A stretch of 61,177 nucleotides of DNA, counting the filler. It is 4 parts of 4 records of this genome, joined end to end, with 100 filler letters (N's around TTAATTAATTAA, not from the genome) between each part and the next. Parts side by side here need not be neighbours in the genome. Positions count along the whole stretch, not along the records: positions 32,909 to 47,154 come from SRR31156797_3510; positions 47,255 to 61,177 come from SRR31156797_3511; 2 more parts are not named here. One strand, given 5' to 3'. A program made the position numbers and the translations under genes. Of the stretch, positions 39,155 through 48,964 are shown one piece after another. The notes beneath the pieces are model-generated. The model ran no database searches, was not told where the DNA came from, and saw only the letters and a list, made by a program, of their open reading frames with translations. How positions within the stretch are numbered: the stretch's first letter is position 1; each line of letters starts with the position of its first letter.

Positions 39155-39913
39155 ATGAATCAGAAAGAAAGAATAAATAACCTATTATTAAATGGACACA
39201 AGTATTATCTGACAAACATTTCTATCGATAATGTAATTTTTGGATATCGGAATAAAGAGCTGAAGGTGCTCTTAACTTATCTTCCTTTTAAAGAATGGGC
39301 AATTACCGGAGGATTTATAAGTCGTAAAGAAACGCTGGAAGATGCCGCGATTAGAATTGCAAAAGAAAAAACCGGTTTACAAAAAGTTCATCTTTGTCAA
39401 TTTAAAGCTTTTGCCGGCCCCGACAGGATAAAACATATCAATAGTTTTTCCTCGAAAATGAATGAATTGGCAGAGTCCGGAGGGATTAAAATTCCGGAAG
39501 ATAATTGGTTAAACGACTATTTTATTACTATTGGTTATTATACACAAACTGAGATTGAGAAAGTAAGACCGGAAGTTATTTCTAAATATAATTGCAAGTG
39601 GTGGGATCTGTATAATTTACCACCTTTAATGGTAGATCATGAAGAGATAATTTGCGAAGCACTAAAGACTCTGAGAAGAGATTTATATAGCAGTACACAG
39701 GTTTATGAATTCTTGCCAAAAAAATTCACATTCAGAGAGTTACAGTCGTTGCATGAAACTATTCTCAATAAGAAATTAGATAAAAGAAATTTTACCAGAA
39801 AAATGAATGCCTTAGGTCATTTAATACAATTGGATGAGAAAAAAAATATTGGGGCACATCGTTCGCCGAAATTGAATATGTTAAAAGAAGAGTTTTCGGG
39901 TAAAAACGAATGA
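39155..39913 (+). CDS. NrtR-family regulator (degenerate NUDIX + winged HTH)
   Basis: SIDNVIFGY, non-catalytic Nudix box GGFISRKETLEDAAIRIAKEKTGL, LPKKFTFRELQSLHE, DKRNF, GAHRSP. Confidence 0.85.
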   Translation: MNQKERINNLLLNGHKYYLTNISIDNVIFGYRNKELKVLLTYLPFKEWAITGGFISRKETLEDAAIRIAKEKTGLQKVHLCQFKAFAGPDRIKHINSFSSKMNELAESGGIKIPEDNWLNDYFITIGYYTQTEIEKVRPEVISKYNCKWWDLYNLPPLMVDHEEIICEALKTLRRDLYSSTQVYEFLPKKFTFRELQSLHETILNKKLDKRNFTRKMNALGHLIQLDEKKNIGAHRSPKLNMLKEEFSGKNE

Positions 39914-40114
39914 ATAAGATTTTGTAGGTTTCAGGTTCATACCTGTTTTGCACCCTGTTTTTTTTATTTATTGAATGAATATTATCCTTTAGTTTTATAA
40001 AAATTGTTATTTCAATATTTGTAGCTGTTAATTGCTGAAAATATTAACTTTAAGCGTAAATTTTATAGAATATAAATTTTCGGTCGATTAAATAACCAAT
40101 CAAAAAATATATCA

Positions 40115-41377
40115 ATGAAAAAACTGAAATCCTTATTTATTTATGCATTAACTTTTTCTATGGTTGCCTTTAGCTCGTGCAACTCCGGAACAAGTTCTTC
40201 AAACAATGAAAAAACAGCTGTGTCGAACGAAACTTTTAAGATTACAAAAGTGCCATCAGAGAATGGTACGTACGCTGTTAGCCCTGAAATTCCTAATGAT
40301 AGTTTAGTAGCTGCAGGAACTAACCTGTCTATAACAACCACTCCGTCAGATGGATTTAGTCTCGACTGCATTTATTACACTGTTCAGGGCGGAATGTGGG
40401 GAACAACGAGTTATGAATTTTTTACTCCTGAAAAAACTATCCCGGTAGAAAAAGACATGTCGGTTGGTGCAACATTTGTTGAAACTTCCTTAGTTGAAAA
40501 TATAAATGTTACACACGATATTGTTTATGGAAAGCCCGGAGTAAAGACTTTAAAATACGATGTTTATTCTCCGGAAGGAGCTGAAAACCTGCCTTGCATT
40601 ATTATTATTCATGGTGGCGGCTGGTCTTCAAATAACGAAGATATAATGCGTGGTTTGGCTCGCGAATTATTAAAAGGAAACCAGTATGTTGTATTTAGTA
40701 TAGATTATCGCTGGGTTAATGAAGGCGATGGTGATGAAGTTCCAAATAATATGCACGATTTAATTGGAGATGTTTTTGGTGCCATTGCACATATTCAGGA
40801 ACATGCCGCAGAATATGGCGGAAATCCTTCCAAAATTGCTGTGACCGGTGATAGTGCGGGTGGGCATTTATCGGCATCGGCAGCGACACTGTGTACGATG
40901 ATTGGCGACGGAGGTTTTGGTGTCCAGCAAGGTGTTTATGAATTTTTACCTACCTATCTGCCCGAAGGGAAAACGGCAAAGCAGGTTGGAGAAGAAATTA
41001 CAAATGCTATACAAGTTGCGGCTCCCAGTTATGGCGTTTTTTATGCTGAAAATTTTTCGCAATTCCTTACACAAACCGATCAGGAATACTGGGATGCTGT
41101 TTCTCCAATTAAACATGTTCAGAATATAAGTACACGTGCAATCCCTCATTTTCTTGTAAGAGGAACCGAAGACCAGTTAATTTCTCATGAAATGGTTCAA
41201 AATTATGTAGATGTGCTGGAAGCAGCCGGTCAGAAAGCGGAATATATTCAGGTTGAAGGTGCAGGACATGCATTTTTCGATTGGAAACCAGATGCTAGAA
41301 CCAGGGCTACATTTGCTCAATATGGCGTTAAATACGCTGCCTTAATGAAAGATTTCTTTGATGAGGTTTTTTATTAG
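40115..41377 (+). CDS. Lipoprotein alpha/beta-hydrolase (HSL-like esterase) with an N-terminal InlB-B/Flg_new-like beta repeat
   Basis: Lipobox FSSC; SENGTY...GTNLSITTTPSDGF repeat; HGGGW, GDSAGG, GTED, GAGHAF. Confidence 0.85.
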   Translation: MKKLKSLFIYALTFSMVAFSSCNSGTSSSNNEKTAVSNETFKITKVPSENGTYAVSPEIPNDSLVAAGTNLSITTTPSDGFSLDCIYYTVQGGMWGTTSYEFFTPEKTIPVEKDMSVGATFVETSLVENINVTHDIVYGKPGVKTLKYDVYSPEGAENLPCIIIIHGGGWSSNNEDIMRGLARELLKGNQYVVFSIDYRWVNEGDGDEVPNNMHDLIGDVFGAIAHIQEHAAEYGGNPSKIAVTGDSAGGHLSASAATLCTMIGDGGFGVQQGVYEFLPTYLPEGKTAKQVGEEITNAIQVAAPSYGVFYAENFSQFLTQTDQEYWDAVSPIKHVQNISTRAIPHFLVRGTEDQLISHEMVQNYVDVLEAAGQKAEYIQVEGAGHAFFDWKPDARTRATFAQYGVKYAALMKDFFDEVFY

Positions 41378-41429
41378 AAGGAATAAATACTTACAAAAAT
41401 TGTTTAATAACAAATAAGCTATTTTATAT

Positions 41430-41461
41430 AAACAGTTCTGTATACACAGGGCTGTTTTTTT
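41430..41461 (+). terminator. Rho-independent terminator after the esterase
   Basis: AAACAGTTCTGT-ATAC-ACAGGGCTGTTTTTTT (stem with G:U pairs, U-tract). Confidence 0.65.
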
Positions 41462-41519
41462 ATGCCTAAAAAGTATTCCTGATAACTGATAATATGAGAT
41501 AATATCTAAAATTAAAAAG

Positions 41520-41550
41520 AAAACCGCCGAGGCAGACCCCAGCGGTTTTT
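41520..41550 (-). terminator. Terminator of the minus-strand hydrolase operon
   Basis: AAAACCGC...GCGGTTTTT hairpin about 40 bp past the GH78 stop. Confidence 0.6.
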
Positions 41551-41588
41551 CAACTAAACCTAGTAATTATTTTAGTTCATTAATTATC

Positions 41589-43946
41589 TTATAAATTAAT
41601 TTCCAGATTGTTTTCACCACCTTTTAAATCATAGTTTTTTCCTTCCCACACAAATGTTCCTGTAATACCTTCAGGAAGGATGATTTCAGCTTTTAATCCA
41701 TTTTCTGAATTATCGTAATCAACTTTAATTTCTCCGGCAGGATGCGGCATTTCTCCATTTATTTTTTCAAAAGAACCAAGGTTGGGTTGAATTTTTACTT
41801 TTTTGAAATAAGGAGCTGCACTTTCAATTCCCAGAATAATTCGGTAAGCTTCAATATTTGGGCTTGCTCCCCAGGCATGGCAGTCAGAACGGGTGGTTTC
41901 TACTTCAGAGGTTTCGCCCCAGGTTGTTAGGCCAAGTTCAATATTCTTTTCCCAGATATCGAGCCAACTGAGGTAGTCGTCACCAAATCCGGCTTCGGCC
42001 AGTGCTAAATGAAGGTAATATTTAAAATAAATGGTTGCCTGAGTGAGCGATTCGTCTGACAACATTAATTCAGCAATTTCAGTAGCTTGCTGATTGTTTA
42101 CCAAACCGGCAAGAATCGCCATTGAGTTAGTATGCTGAGAATAATTCTCTTTGTCTGGAGTATCAGCAAATAAACTGCGTGAGGCATCCCAGTATTTATT
42201 TTTAATGGTCTCCGACATTTTATTGGCCAGACTTTCATACATCGCAGCAAATTCTTCACTTCCATGATTTTTCTCCAGTTCAATACCAGCTTGTAAAGCA
42301 AGTAATAACTGTAAATCGAGCAATGCTGTGCTACCATCTTCTGCTGCGGGTGCTGTTCCCATTCGCCAGTCGGTGGCCCAGTCGGTAAAATTCCATCCCG
42401 GAAGATTTTTTAGTGAACCATCATCTTCCACAAAACTGATGAAATAATTTAGTATTTGTCTTGAACCCAGAAGTTTGTCGTTTAAGAATTCATTGTCGGT
42501 GCCGTACATCAGGTAATCGTATAACATACAAACATACCACATTGAATAGGTTGCAATAACCTGGTTTTGTGTGTCGGGATAACGGCTTAAAGTGTAACCA
42601 TCAACCTGTCTGGAGTTATCCATAAGATTTAAGGCATTTTTTGCCAAACGGTCGTCGCCACTGTTAAAGTACGAAACAAATAGCTGAATACGGGCATCTC
42701 CAATGTATTGTAACCTTTCGTAATACGGACAATCCATATAAGTTTCTACAGCACACGAACGTGCAGTTCGCCATCCAACTTCCAGTATTTTATCCAGTTC
42801 ATTATTGCCTGCATCAAGTTTTGCATTCATTTTAAACGGATATCCGGTATAAGTTCCATAAAAATCTTCAATTGAAACAGGAGTGTCTTTTGTTTCTACC
42901 ATTAATTCTATATATCGGTAAGTTCTCCAGTTAAGTGCTGTAAATTCCTGATTTTGCGAACCATCAGAAATAATGGTGTCCTGTCTTCCCGAAATGGTTT
43001 TTCCTTCAATTTCATTCCGATTATTTTTTGCACCATTCTCATCGTATAATGCCTCGGCGTAAGTAATAACAATGGTACTGTTTTTTCCACCGCTGAAAAT
43101 GAGCGTAGGGTAGGCATTTGTATAAACTTCTTGGTCGAGTAGAATTTTAGCAGTTGTATTGGCAGGAATTTCAAATGCTGCTTTTTCAGCCGGGAAATTT
43201 TCGGGAACTGAAACACCTTCTGTTTTCCGGGTTGAAACCAACCGTTGATACGTCATTTCCATTTGAGGAATAACTGACGGAATAAGTGTCCAGCCGCCGC
43301 GGGTATTAAAACCCATTCCTCTGGTAGAACGTTCAAAGACCGGTTTTGCCGCTTTCCAGCTGCTGTCGTCAAAATCAGGCGTTTTCCATCCTTTTACAGC
43401 CAGGTTCATATTAATTTTTTCGCCTGCTCCTGCAGCATAATAACCACGAACACTCTGACTAATAGGAGTGTAACTTTTATCTTCAATGCATTTCCACGAT
43501 TCGTTGGTGTTCAGCACTTTGGTTTCATCGTTTATTCCCTGCAATAAAAATCCGGTTTTATATGAAAACTGTGAGACCGGTTTCTGGTCACCTTCATTCC
43601 AAACCATTGCAGAAATTATATTTTCACCCGATTTTAAGTAGGAGGCCAAATCAATTGTTTCATAATTCCAATGTTCAATATCGCCCAGGGCAGGCCCGAG
43701 AGCAACCAGATTTTCATTTACATAAAGTTTATACCGGTTATCGGCAGAAACACGCATTTCGAATTTCTCCGGGGCAGAATCAAGGGTTATGGTTTTTCTG
43801 AATAAATAAAGGCCAGCGTCGGTTTCCCCAGCGTCAGGAACACCAATCCAGCTGGCATCCCACTCGGTGTTTTGATTAAAATTTCCAAACTGTGCATTTA
43901 CTGTAAATGCGAGTAAGATTAATACAAATGTTGTTAGCTTTTTCAT
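41589..43946 (-). CDS. Glycoside hydrolase family 78 (alpha-L-rhamnosidase-like), secreted
   Basis: Signal peptide MKKLTTFVLILLAFTVNA; VSADNRYKLYVN, YMDCPYYERLQYIGD, GLTTWGE, SDCHAW. Start moved from 43997 to 43946. Confidence 0.88.
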   Translation of the reverse strand: MKKLTTFVLILLAFTVNAQFGNFNQNTEWDASWIGVPDAGETDAGLYLFRKTITLDSAPEKFEMRVSADNRYKLYVNENLVALGPALGDIEHWNYETIDLASYLKSGENIISAMVWNEGDQKPVSQFSYKTGFLLQGINDETKVLNTNESWKCIEDKSYTPISQSVRGYYAAGAGEKINMNLAVKGWKTPDFDDSSWKAAKPVFERSTRGMGFNTRGGWTLIPSVIPQMEMTYQRLVSTRKTEGVSVPENFPAEKAAFEIPANTTAKILLDQEVYTNAYPTLIFSGGKNSTIVITYAEALYDENGAKNNRNEIEGKTISGRQDTIISDGSQNQEFTALNWRTYRYIELMVETKDTPVSIEDFYGTYTGYPFKMNAKLDAGNNELDKILEVGWRTARSCAVETYMDCPYYERLQYIGDARIQLFVSYFNSGDDRLAKNALNLMDNSRQVDGYTLSRYPDTQNQVIATYSMWYVCMLYDYLMYGTDNEFLNDKLLGSRQILNYFISFVEDDGSLKNLPGWNFTDWATDWRMGTAPAAEDGSTALLDLQLLLALQAGIELEKNHGSEEFAAMYESLANKMSETIKNKYWDASRSLFADTPDKENYSQHTNSMAILAGLVNNQQATEIAELMLSDESLTQATIYFKYYLHLALAEAGFGDDYLSWLDIWEKNIELGLTTWGETSEVETTRSDCHAWGASPNIEAYRIILGIESAAPYFKKVKIQPNLGSFEKINGEMPHPAGEIKVDYDNSENGLKAEIILPEGITGTFVWEGKNYDLKGGENNLEINL

Positions 43947-43972
43947 TTTTATTGATTTTATGTTATGTTTAT

Positions 43973-45652
43973 TTATAATCTTCCAATCGACCGCCACATT
44001 TCTAGTTCAGTTGCAAAACGGTCGTTTATAATTTCACACTTGGAGTCAATTCGCATGGTCGCTCTGTCTTTTAAATTAAAAGCCGGCCATTCTGGTACAT
44101 CTTTGGCTGAAGGGACTCCTGTGCGGGCAAATGTTGTCCACAATTCGGCCATTTTATGCGAGGCAATAAAACGGTCGGGTTTGTCACCGCCAAATCCCAT
44201 TCGGGCTGGTTCACCATCTTTAGGCGGAACTTCATTATTAAACTTAAAAGAAATATCCATAGCGTGAGGTGTTCCCATCTCATAATCGGTTCCGGGAATT
44301 TTCATATTCGATTTATAACCAAAGTTATATAAGTAAACAGGTGCTCCGTTTTGTTGTGTTTTTTTCTCTGCAATTTCAATAGAACCTAATCCCATCATTA
44401 CGATTGAATTAATGGCTACAAATAAATCGGGAGCTGTGGCATTGGGTTGTGCTTTTTTATAAGCGTTAATTATAGTTTGTGCATCGGCTCCAAATTGTGG
44501 TTCAAGTTTAGCAGGAAGTTCATCGAATCCAATTTTAAATGATTCTGTATCACGTCTTTCCCAGGCAAAAAAGGTGTATTCATCTTCATTCCATCCGGTC
44601 ATTAGTGGTTTATCTTTTGAAATATTGGGAGCCGTTGGGTCGAACGGATGATTTGGAAGAACTACTCCATCTACAACTGGTCCAAGACCACCGGCAAATG
44701 GTTCTGTAATTCCACCGGTTTTTGTTTTTTCCTGGAAAGGTGGGGTAAAAGGTATTTTTGATTGAACAGTTAATAAATCGGATGATGGTATTTCCAGTAT
44801 TTTGCGCCAGTTATTTTTTGAGATATTCAGTTCTTTGAAAATCATTTCTGTTGTTTGGGCTGCCATCTCTTTCGTTAACATTCGAACACCCGGGCCACTT
44901 TCAATTGAGGCTTTGTTAAAATAAGGGGCAGCTTCGGGCATTGCATATATACAGGAAGTTTTTCCTCCGCCACCCGATTCTCCAAAAATCATAACATTGT
45001 TCGGGTCGCCTCCAAATTCAGCAATATTTTCATGTACCCATTTAAGTCCGGCTGTGATATCGAGGACTCCCATATTTCCTGATCCGGCATAATCTGTTCC
45101 GGCAATGTCTTCTAAATATAAAAATCCCAATAATCCTAAACGATGATTTGTTTCTACCACAACCACATCAAAATTACGTGCCAGGTTAGCGCCGTCTTGT
45201 CCGCCCGAACCCCCAGACCCGCTTACATAACCACCACCGTGACTGTAAAACATTACCGGGCGTTTTTTATTGTCGTTAGCCGGTGTCCAAATATTCAGGA
45301 ACAAGCAATCTTCTGCAGGAGCAGGTTCACCTCTTCTTGGATTTTGAACTGATGGTGCACCCAGTTCAAGTGCATCTCTGACACCGCTCCAGTGATCTAG
45401 TTTGGCAGGTCTGCGAAATCGCCGATCTCCTGAAACAGAACCAGCATAAGGTATTCCTTTAAAAATATTAACACCTTCTTGTCGTATTCCACGTAATTTC
45501 CCATAAGCACTTTCGGAGGTTACAAATTCTTCGGCTCGGGCAAATCCTGAAAATAGGTTACCTGAAGAATAGGCAAGATTGGTAAAAGCTATTGTTCCTG
45601 CTGTTGTTAATGATAATCGATTTACAAATTGCCTTCTGTTTATTGGTTTCAT
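43973..45652 (-). CDS. Type-B carboxylesterase with Tat signal
   Basis: NRRQFV twin-arginine motif; FKGIPYA, EDCLFLNIWTP, HGGGY, FGESGG, TPHAMD. Confidence 0.92.
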   Translation of the reverse strand: MKPINRRQFVNRLSLTTAGTIAFTNLAYSSGNLFSGFARAEEFVTSESAYGKLRGIRQEGVNIFKGIPYAGSVSGDRRFRRPAKLDHWSGVRDALELGAPSVQNPRRGEPAPAEDCLFLNIWTPANDNKKRPVMFYSHGGGYVSGSGGSGGQDGANLARNFDVVVVETNHRLGLLGFLYLEDIAGTDYAGSGNMGVLDITAGLKWVHENIAEFGGDPNNVMIFGESGGGGKTSCIYAMPEAAPYFNKASIESGPGVRMLTKEMAAQTTEMIFKELNISKNNWRKILEIPSSDLLTVQSKIPFTPPFQEKTKTGGITEPFAGGLGPVVDGVVLPNHPFDPTAPNISKDKPLMTGWNEDEYTFFAWERRDTESFKIGFDELPAKLEPQFGADAQTIINAYKKAQPNATAPDLFVAINSIVMMGLGSIEIAEKKTQQNGAPVYLYNFGYKSNMKIPGTDYEMGTPHAMDISFKFNNEVPPKDGEPARMGFGGDKPDRFIASHKMAELWTTFARTGVPSAKDVPEWPAFNLKDRATMRIDSKCEIINDRFATELEMWRSIGRL

Positions 45653-45701
45653 TTTTTTGCTTTATATAAATTTTTCCTTTTTAGTTTTATGGATTTTATT
45701 T

Positions 45702-46529
45702 CTATTTCAGCGTATTTTCGCTGTAGTTTATACGAATACCATATTTGTTAATAATATGAGTAAAACCAAACCTGTTTTCCGAATTTTCTTCTCCTTTTAC
45801 TTTCCCCGTAAGCAAGTCTCTGCTAAGTGTAATCATGTCATTTAGCCGTTGTGGTGTTTCAAAGTTTTCTCCTGAAAAATGACCTGGATAAAGGATTTCA
45901 ATTTTATCTTTTGTCATTACTGCACTCATTTTCTGACAGGTAGTAATAAGATCAGAAAAAGTGCCCGCAAACATTAATAAGTTTCCCGAGCCAAATGAAT
46001 CTCCGCTAAAACCATAACCGGCTTTTTTATCGATAAAAGTAGTAGAGCCGTATGTGTGGGCAGGAGTAAAAACAACTTCCAGTTTTCTTTCACCCAAATC
46101 GATAATCTGACCATCTTCCAAATATTTAATTTCTCCTTTATAATCTGCCATCATTTGTGGTACACTGGCAGAATCTCCCGGATTTAGGTGTACCTCAGGA
46201 AAATATTCGGCAGCGCCAACATGATCGGGATGTACATGTGTTAAAATTAAAGTAACCGGTTTTTTTGTGATGGCTGCAACAATTTTATCTAAATCGGTAA
46301 TTTTTGTTGCAGCATCTATTAAAACAGCCTTATCGTTTCCTTCAATTAGGTAAATGCTTTCATTTGAAGATAAATGCCCTGTTCCTACCCAGGTGTGGTC
46401 ATCAATTTTATGGAAAACAACATCCTCGTTTTTGTACACTTCTTCACCTGTGTTTTGTAATGTCGGTTGTGCCAATAAGGTGAGTTGTGCGATGCACAAA
46501 AAAGCGATAATTGATATGAATTTTTTCAT
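45702..46529 (-). CDS. Secreted MBL-fold metallo-hydrolase
   Basis: THVHPDH metal motif, PAHTYGS, FSGD, YPGH; signal peptide MKKFISIIAF. Confidence 0.87.
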   Translation of the reverse strand: MKKFISIIAFLCIAQLTLLAQPTLQNTGEEVYKNEDVVFHKIDDHTWVGTGHLSSNESIYLIEGNDKAVLIDAATKITDLDKIVAAITKKPVTLILTHVHPDHVGAAEYFPEVHLNPGDSASVPQMMADYKGEIKYLEDGQIIDLGERKLEVVFTPAHTYGSTTFIDKKAGYGFSGDSFGSGNLLMFAGTFSDLITTCQKMSAVMTKDKIEILYPGHFSGENFETPQRLNDMITLSRDLLTGKVKGEENSENRFGFTHIINKYGIRINYSENTLK

Positions 46530-46551
46530 GGTCAAAAATTTGAAATTGAAC

Positions 46552-47154
46552 CTATTGTTTCAGGTGTTTATCTAAAAAATCAGTAATTATATTAGTGACT
46601 TGCGGGTCGGAAAATTCAGCAGTGGCATGTCCGGCTCCTTCAAGTACATAGCGTGTTGAAGAAACACCTTTTTCCAGCAATGCATTATGTAATAATAATG
46701 TTTGGCTTGGAGAAACTGCCATATCCTGTGTTCCATGGAAAAGCAAAAATGGCGGATCGTTCTTATCCACATAATTTATTGGATTTGCTTTTGCCACAAT
46801 TTCTGGCTTGTCAAGACTTGTTAGTCCGCTGTTTTTGCCGTGAATAAACTGCCCGTCAGGAGAAATAACCGTGAAATGGGCATTTGCTGCCTCTTCGTCA
46901 TAATCAGCTCCGATTTTGGTTAAATCAGACAAACCGTAAACATCGATTGCTGCTTTAACGTTGCTGCTTTGATTAAGGTTTTCACCTTCTTCAAAATCTT
47001 TAACTTCGTTTGTGGTAGCTACCATGGCCGACAGGTAACCACCGGCAGATTCGCCCCACACAGCTATGTTCTCAGAATCAATTCCATATTCTGTTGCATT
47101 GGCCCGCAAATATCGTATTGCAGCTTTAATATCTTTAACTGCATCGCTGTAAAT
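46552..47154 (-). CDS. Alpha/beta-hydrolase (esterase), 5'-truncated
   Basis: WGESAGG, FHGTQD, GAGH; frame open to the contig end. Confidence 0.85.
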   Translation of the reverse strand: MYSDAVKDIKAAIRYLRANATEYGIDSENIAVWGESAGGYLSAMVATTNEVKDFEEGENLNQSSNVKAAIDVYGLSDLTKIGADYDEEAANAHFTVISPDGQFIHGKNSGLTSLDKPEIVAKANPINYVDKNDPPFLLFHGTQDMAVSPSQTLLLHNALLEKGVSSTRYVLEGAGHATAEFSDPQVTNIITDFLDKHLKQ

Positions 47155-47254
47155 NNNNNNNNNNNNNNNNNNNNNNNNNNNNNNNNNNNNNNNNNNNNTT
47201 AATTAATTAANNNNNNNNNNNNNNNNNNNNNNNNNNNNNNNNNNNNNNNNNNNN
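47155..47254. other. Artificial contig linker
   Basis: 44 N + TTAATTAATTAA + 44 N. Confidence 0.98.
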
Positions 47255-47255
47255 G

Positions 47256-47699
47256 TTTGACGATATGAACTGGGATAAGGATTACACGGCTAATGATGCC
47301 TATAGCCAGAGCAAACTGGCTCAGATCATGTCCGTCTATGAACTGCAGGACAGACTGGAGAAGGCGGGTAAGACAGATGTGAAGGTATATGCCTGTCATC
47401 CGGGCGCTTCCAGAACGTCGCTGATCAAAACCAGCGGCAGCTTGATGATGCGGCTCACATGGTATCTGATGACCCTGTCTCCCTTTACCCAATCCGCCGA
47501 AAAGGGGTCCTATCCCGAACTCATGTGCGCGACGGAAGAGAATCTGAATCAGAAGGGATTTTACGGGCCCACGGGACGGGGATATTGGACCGGTCCGGTT
47601 GGAGAATGTGATCTGAAGCCCCATGCGGTGGATAAGGCCGTATCGAAGAGGCTGTGGGAACGCTCGGAAGAGGCGACTGGCTGCCAGTGGACTCTCTGA
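47256..47699 (+). CDS. SDR-family oxidoreductase (retinol dehydrogenase-like), 5'-truncated
   Basis: YSQSK (YxxxK), CHPGASRT, LWERSEEATG; frame open from the contig start. Confidence 0.85.
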   Translation, partial: FDDMNWDKDYTANDAYSQSKLAQIMSVYELQDRLEKAGKTDVKVYACHPGASRTSLIKTSGSLMMRLTWYLMTLSPFTQSAEKGSYPELMCATEENLNQKGFYGPTGRGYWTGPVGECDLKPHAVDKAVSKRLWERSEEATGCQWTL

Positions 47700-47751
47700 A
47701 ATGATACAGGGATAAGCAATCGTTATATCAAAGGATAAGAAAGGATAAGAA

Positions 47752-48573
47752 ATGAAGGTTTTATATTTTACAGCTACCGGCAATAGCCTCCGCGTCGCCA
47801 AAGAGATTGGAGGAGAACTCCTCTCCATCCCCCAGATGATCAAAGAGGGGCGCTATGAGTTTGCCGATGAAAAAATCGGAATTGTATTTCCAATCTATGG
47901 ATGGGGAGTTCCGTCGTATGTGGTCGATTTCTTAAGAAAGGCAAGGTTTGACACGAGATATCTTTTCGCAGTATCTACCTTCGGCGTTTACTCCGGGGCG
48001 GTGGCTACCCACTTAAGTGATGTGGCAAAAGATACGGGACAGCGCTTCTCTTACGTGAATACGATTAAAATGGTGGACAACTATTTACCCGGTTTCGATA
48101 TGAAAAAGGAAGGGGCAAAGGAGGGGAGGAAAGGAACAGAAGAGCGCTTGGAAGCTATCAAGGCGGATATAAAAAGCTCTGAAAACTGGATTATCCCCGA
48201 AAACGTCCTTCGAAGATTGAGCTTCAGAATCATGCATGGGATTAAGCAACCGGTCAGTAAAAAACAGTTGAAGCTCCATATCTATGGCGAGGGAATTGAA
48301 AACTACGTTTATACAGATCGTAACTGCACGGGCTGTGGACTTTGCGCCGGCGTATGTCCGGTCGGCAACATCGAGGTAGATAAAGAAAATAACGAAATCG
48401 CTTTTAGAAACAAGTGCTTCGGCTGTTTTGCCTGCCTCCACAACTGTCCCCGGAATAATATTCATATCAGAGGAGAAGTGAGCGGCAGCAGATATCGAAA
48501 CAGCCATATCAAAGTTGGTGAAATCGTAAAGGCCAATAACCAAATAAAGATTACGGGCAGCATGAAGATTTGA
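47752..48573 (+). CDS. EFR1-type flavodoxin-ferredoxin fusion
   Basis: YFTATGNS, IVFPIY, MVDNY; two 4Fe-4S motifs CTGCGLCAGVCP and CFGCFACLHNCP. Confidence 0.88.
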   Translation: MKVLYFTATGNSLRVAKEIGGELLSIPQMIKEGRYEFADEKIGIVFPIYGWGVPSYVVDFLRKARFDTRYLFAVSTFGVYSGAVATHLSDVAKDTGQRFSYVNTIKMVDNYLPGFDMKKEGAKEGRKGTEERLEAIKADIKSSENWIIPENVLRRLSFRIMHGIKQPVSKKQLKLHIYGEGIENYVYTDRNCTGCGLCAGVCPVGNIEVDKENNEIAFRNKCFGCFACLHNCPRNNIHIRGEVSGSRYRNSHIKVGEIVKANNQIKITGSMKI

Positions 48574-48703
48574 GAGACTGACTGAAATCCAAGCAGCTCA
48601 CAGAAGTCGCTGACTTTCATAGTGAAATTATCAATATACAATCTTATCATGACAATAAAGAGGAACTTCAGAAGCGCAGATCCTAACGGGTACAATGGAT
48701 AAC

Positions 48704-48751
48704 TGGGGATTTTTTTCCCCGTCCATATATAAATCGGGAAATAAAACCTCA
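48704..48751. promoter_or_regulatory. Tandem upstream activator sites (putative)
   Basis: Palindrome TGGGGATTTTTTTCCCCG at 48704 and a 13/18 match to its reverse complement (TCGGGAAATAAAACCTCA) 30 bp later, about 200 bp upstream of the sigma54 promoter. Confidence 0.55.
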
Positions 48752-48917
48752 TTTTCTACTTGCATGTCCTATCCTCGGGGAATGGGGAAACTATAAATAA
48801 AAGTGTTTTCTTATTCTTTATGGTGTTAAGTAAACTGTTTAATCGTAATAAAATAGTTTCTTGCAACTTAGATGCCCAGGCTGTTTTTCCTGTTAGAAAT
48901 GTAACGTAATCAGAAGA

Positions 48918-48933
48918 TGGCACAAGCTTTGCA
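48918..48933 (+). promoter_or_regulatory. Sigma54 (-24/-12) promoter of the ABC operon
   Basis: TGGCAC-AAGCT-TTGCA with exact GG-N10-GC spacing, 31 bp upstream of the ATG; AGGAGG RBS in between. Confidence 0.85.
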
Positions 48934-48964
48934 TTAAAAATCCGAAAAATTAGGAGGACGTTTT

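Noticed and set aside
40050-40080. AT-rich near-palindrome upstream of the lipoprotein esterase as an NrtR operator
   Set aside because: Symmetry too weak against the AT-rich background.
45702-46529. MBL-fold gene as an antibiotic-resistance beta-lactamase
   Set aside because: HxHxDH is shared by the whole superfamily, and the context is carbohydrate and ester hydrolases.
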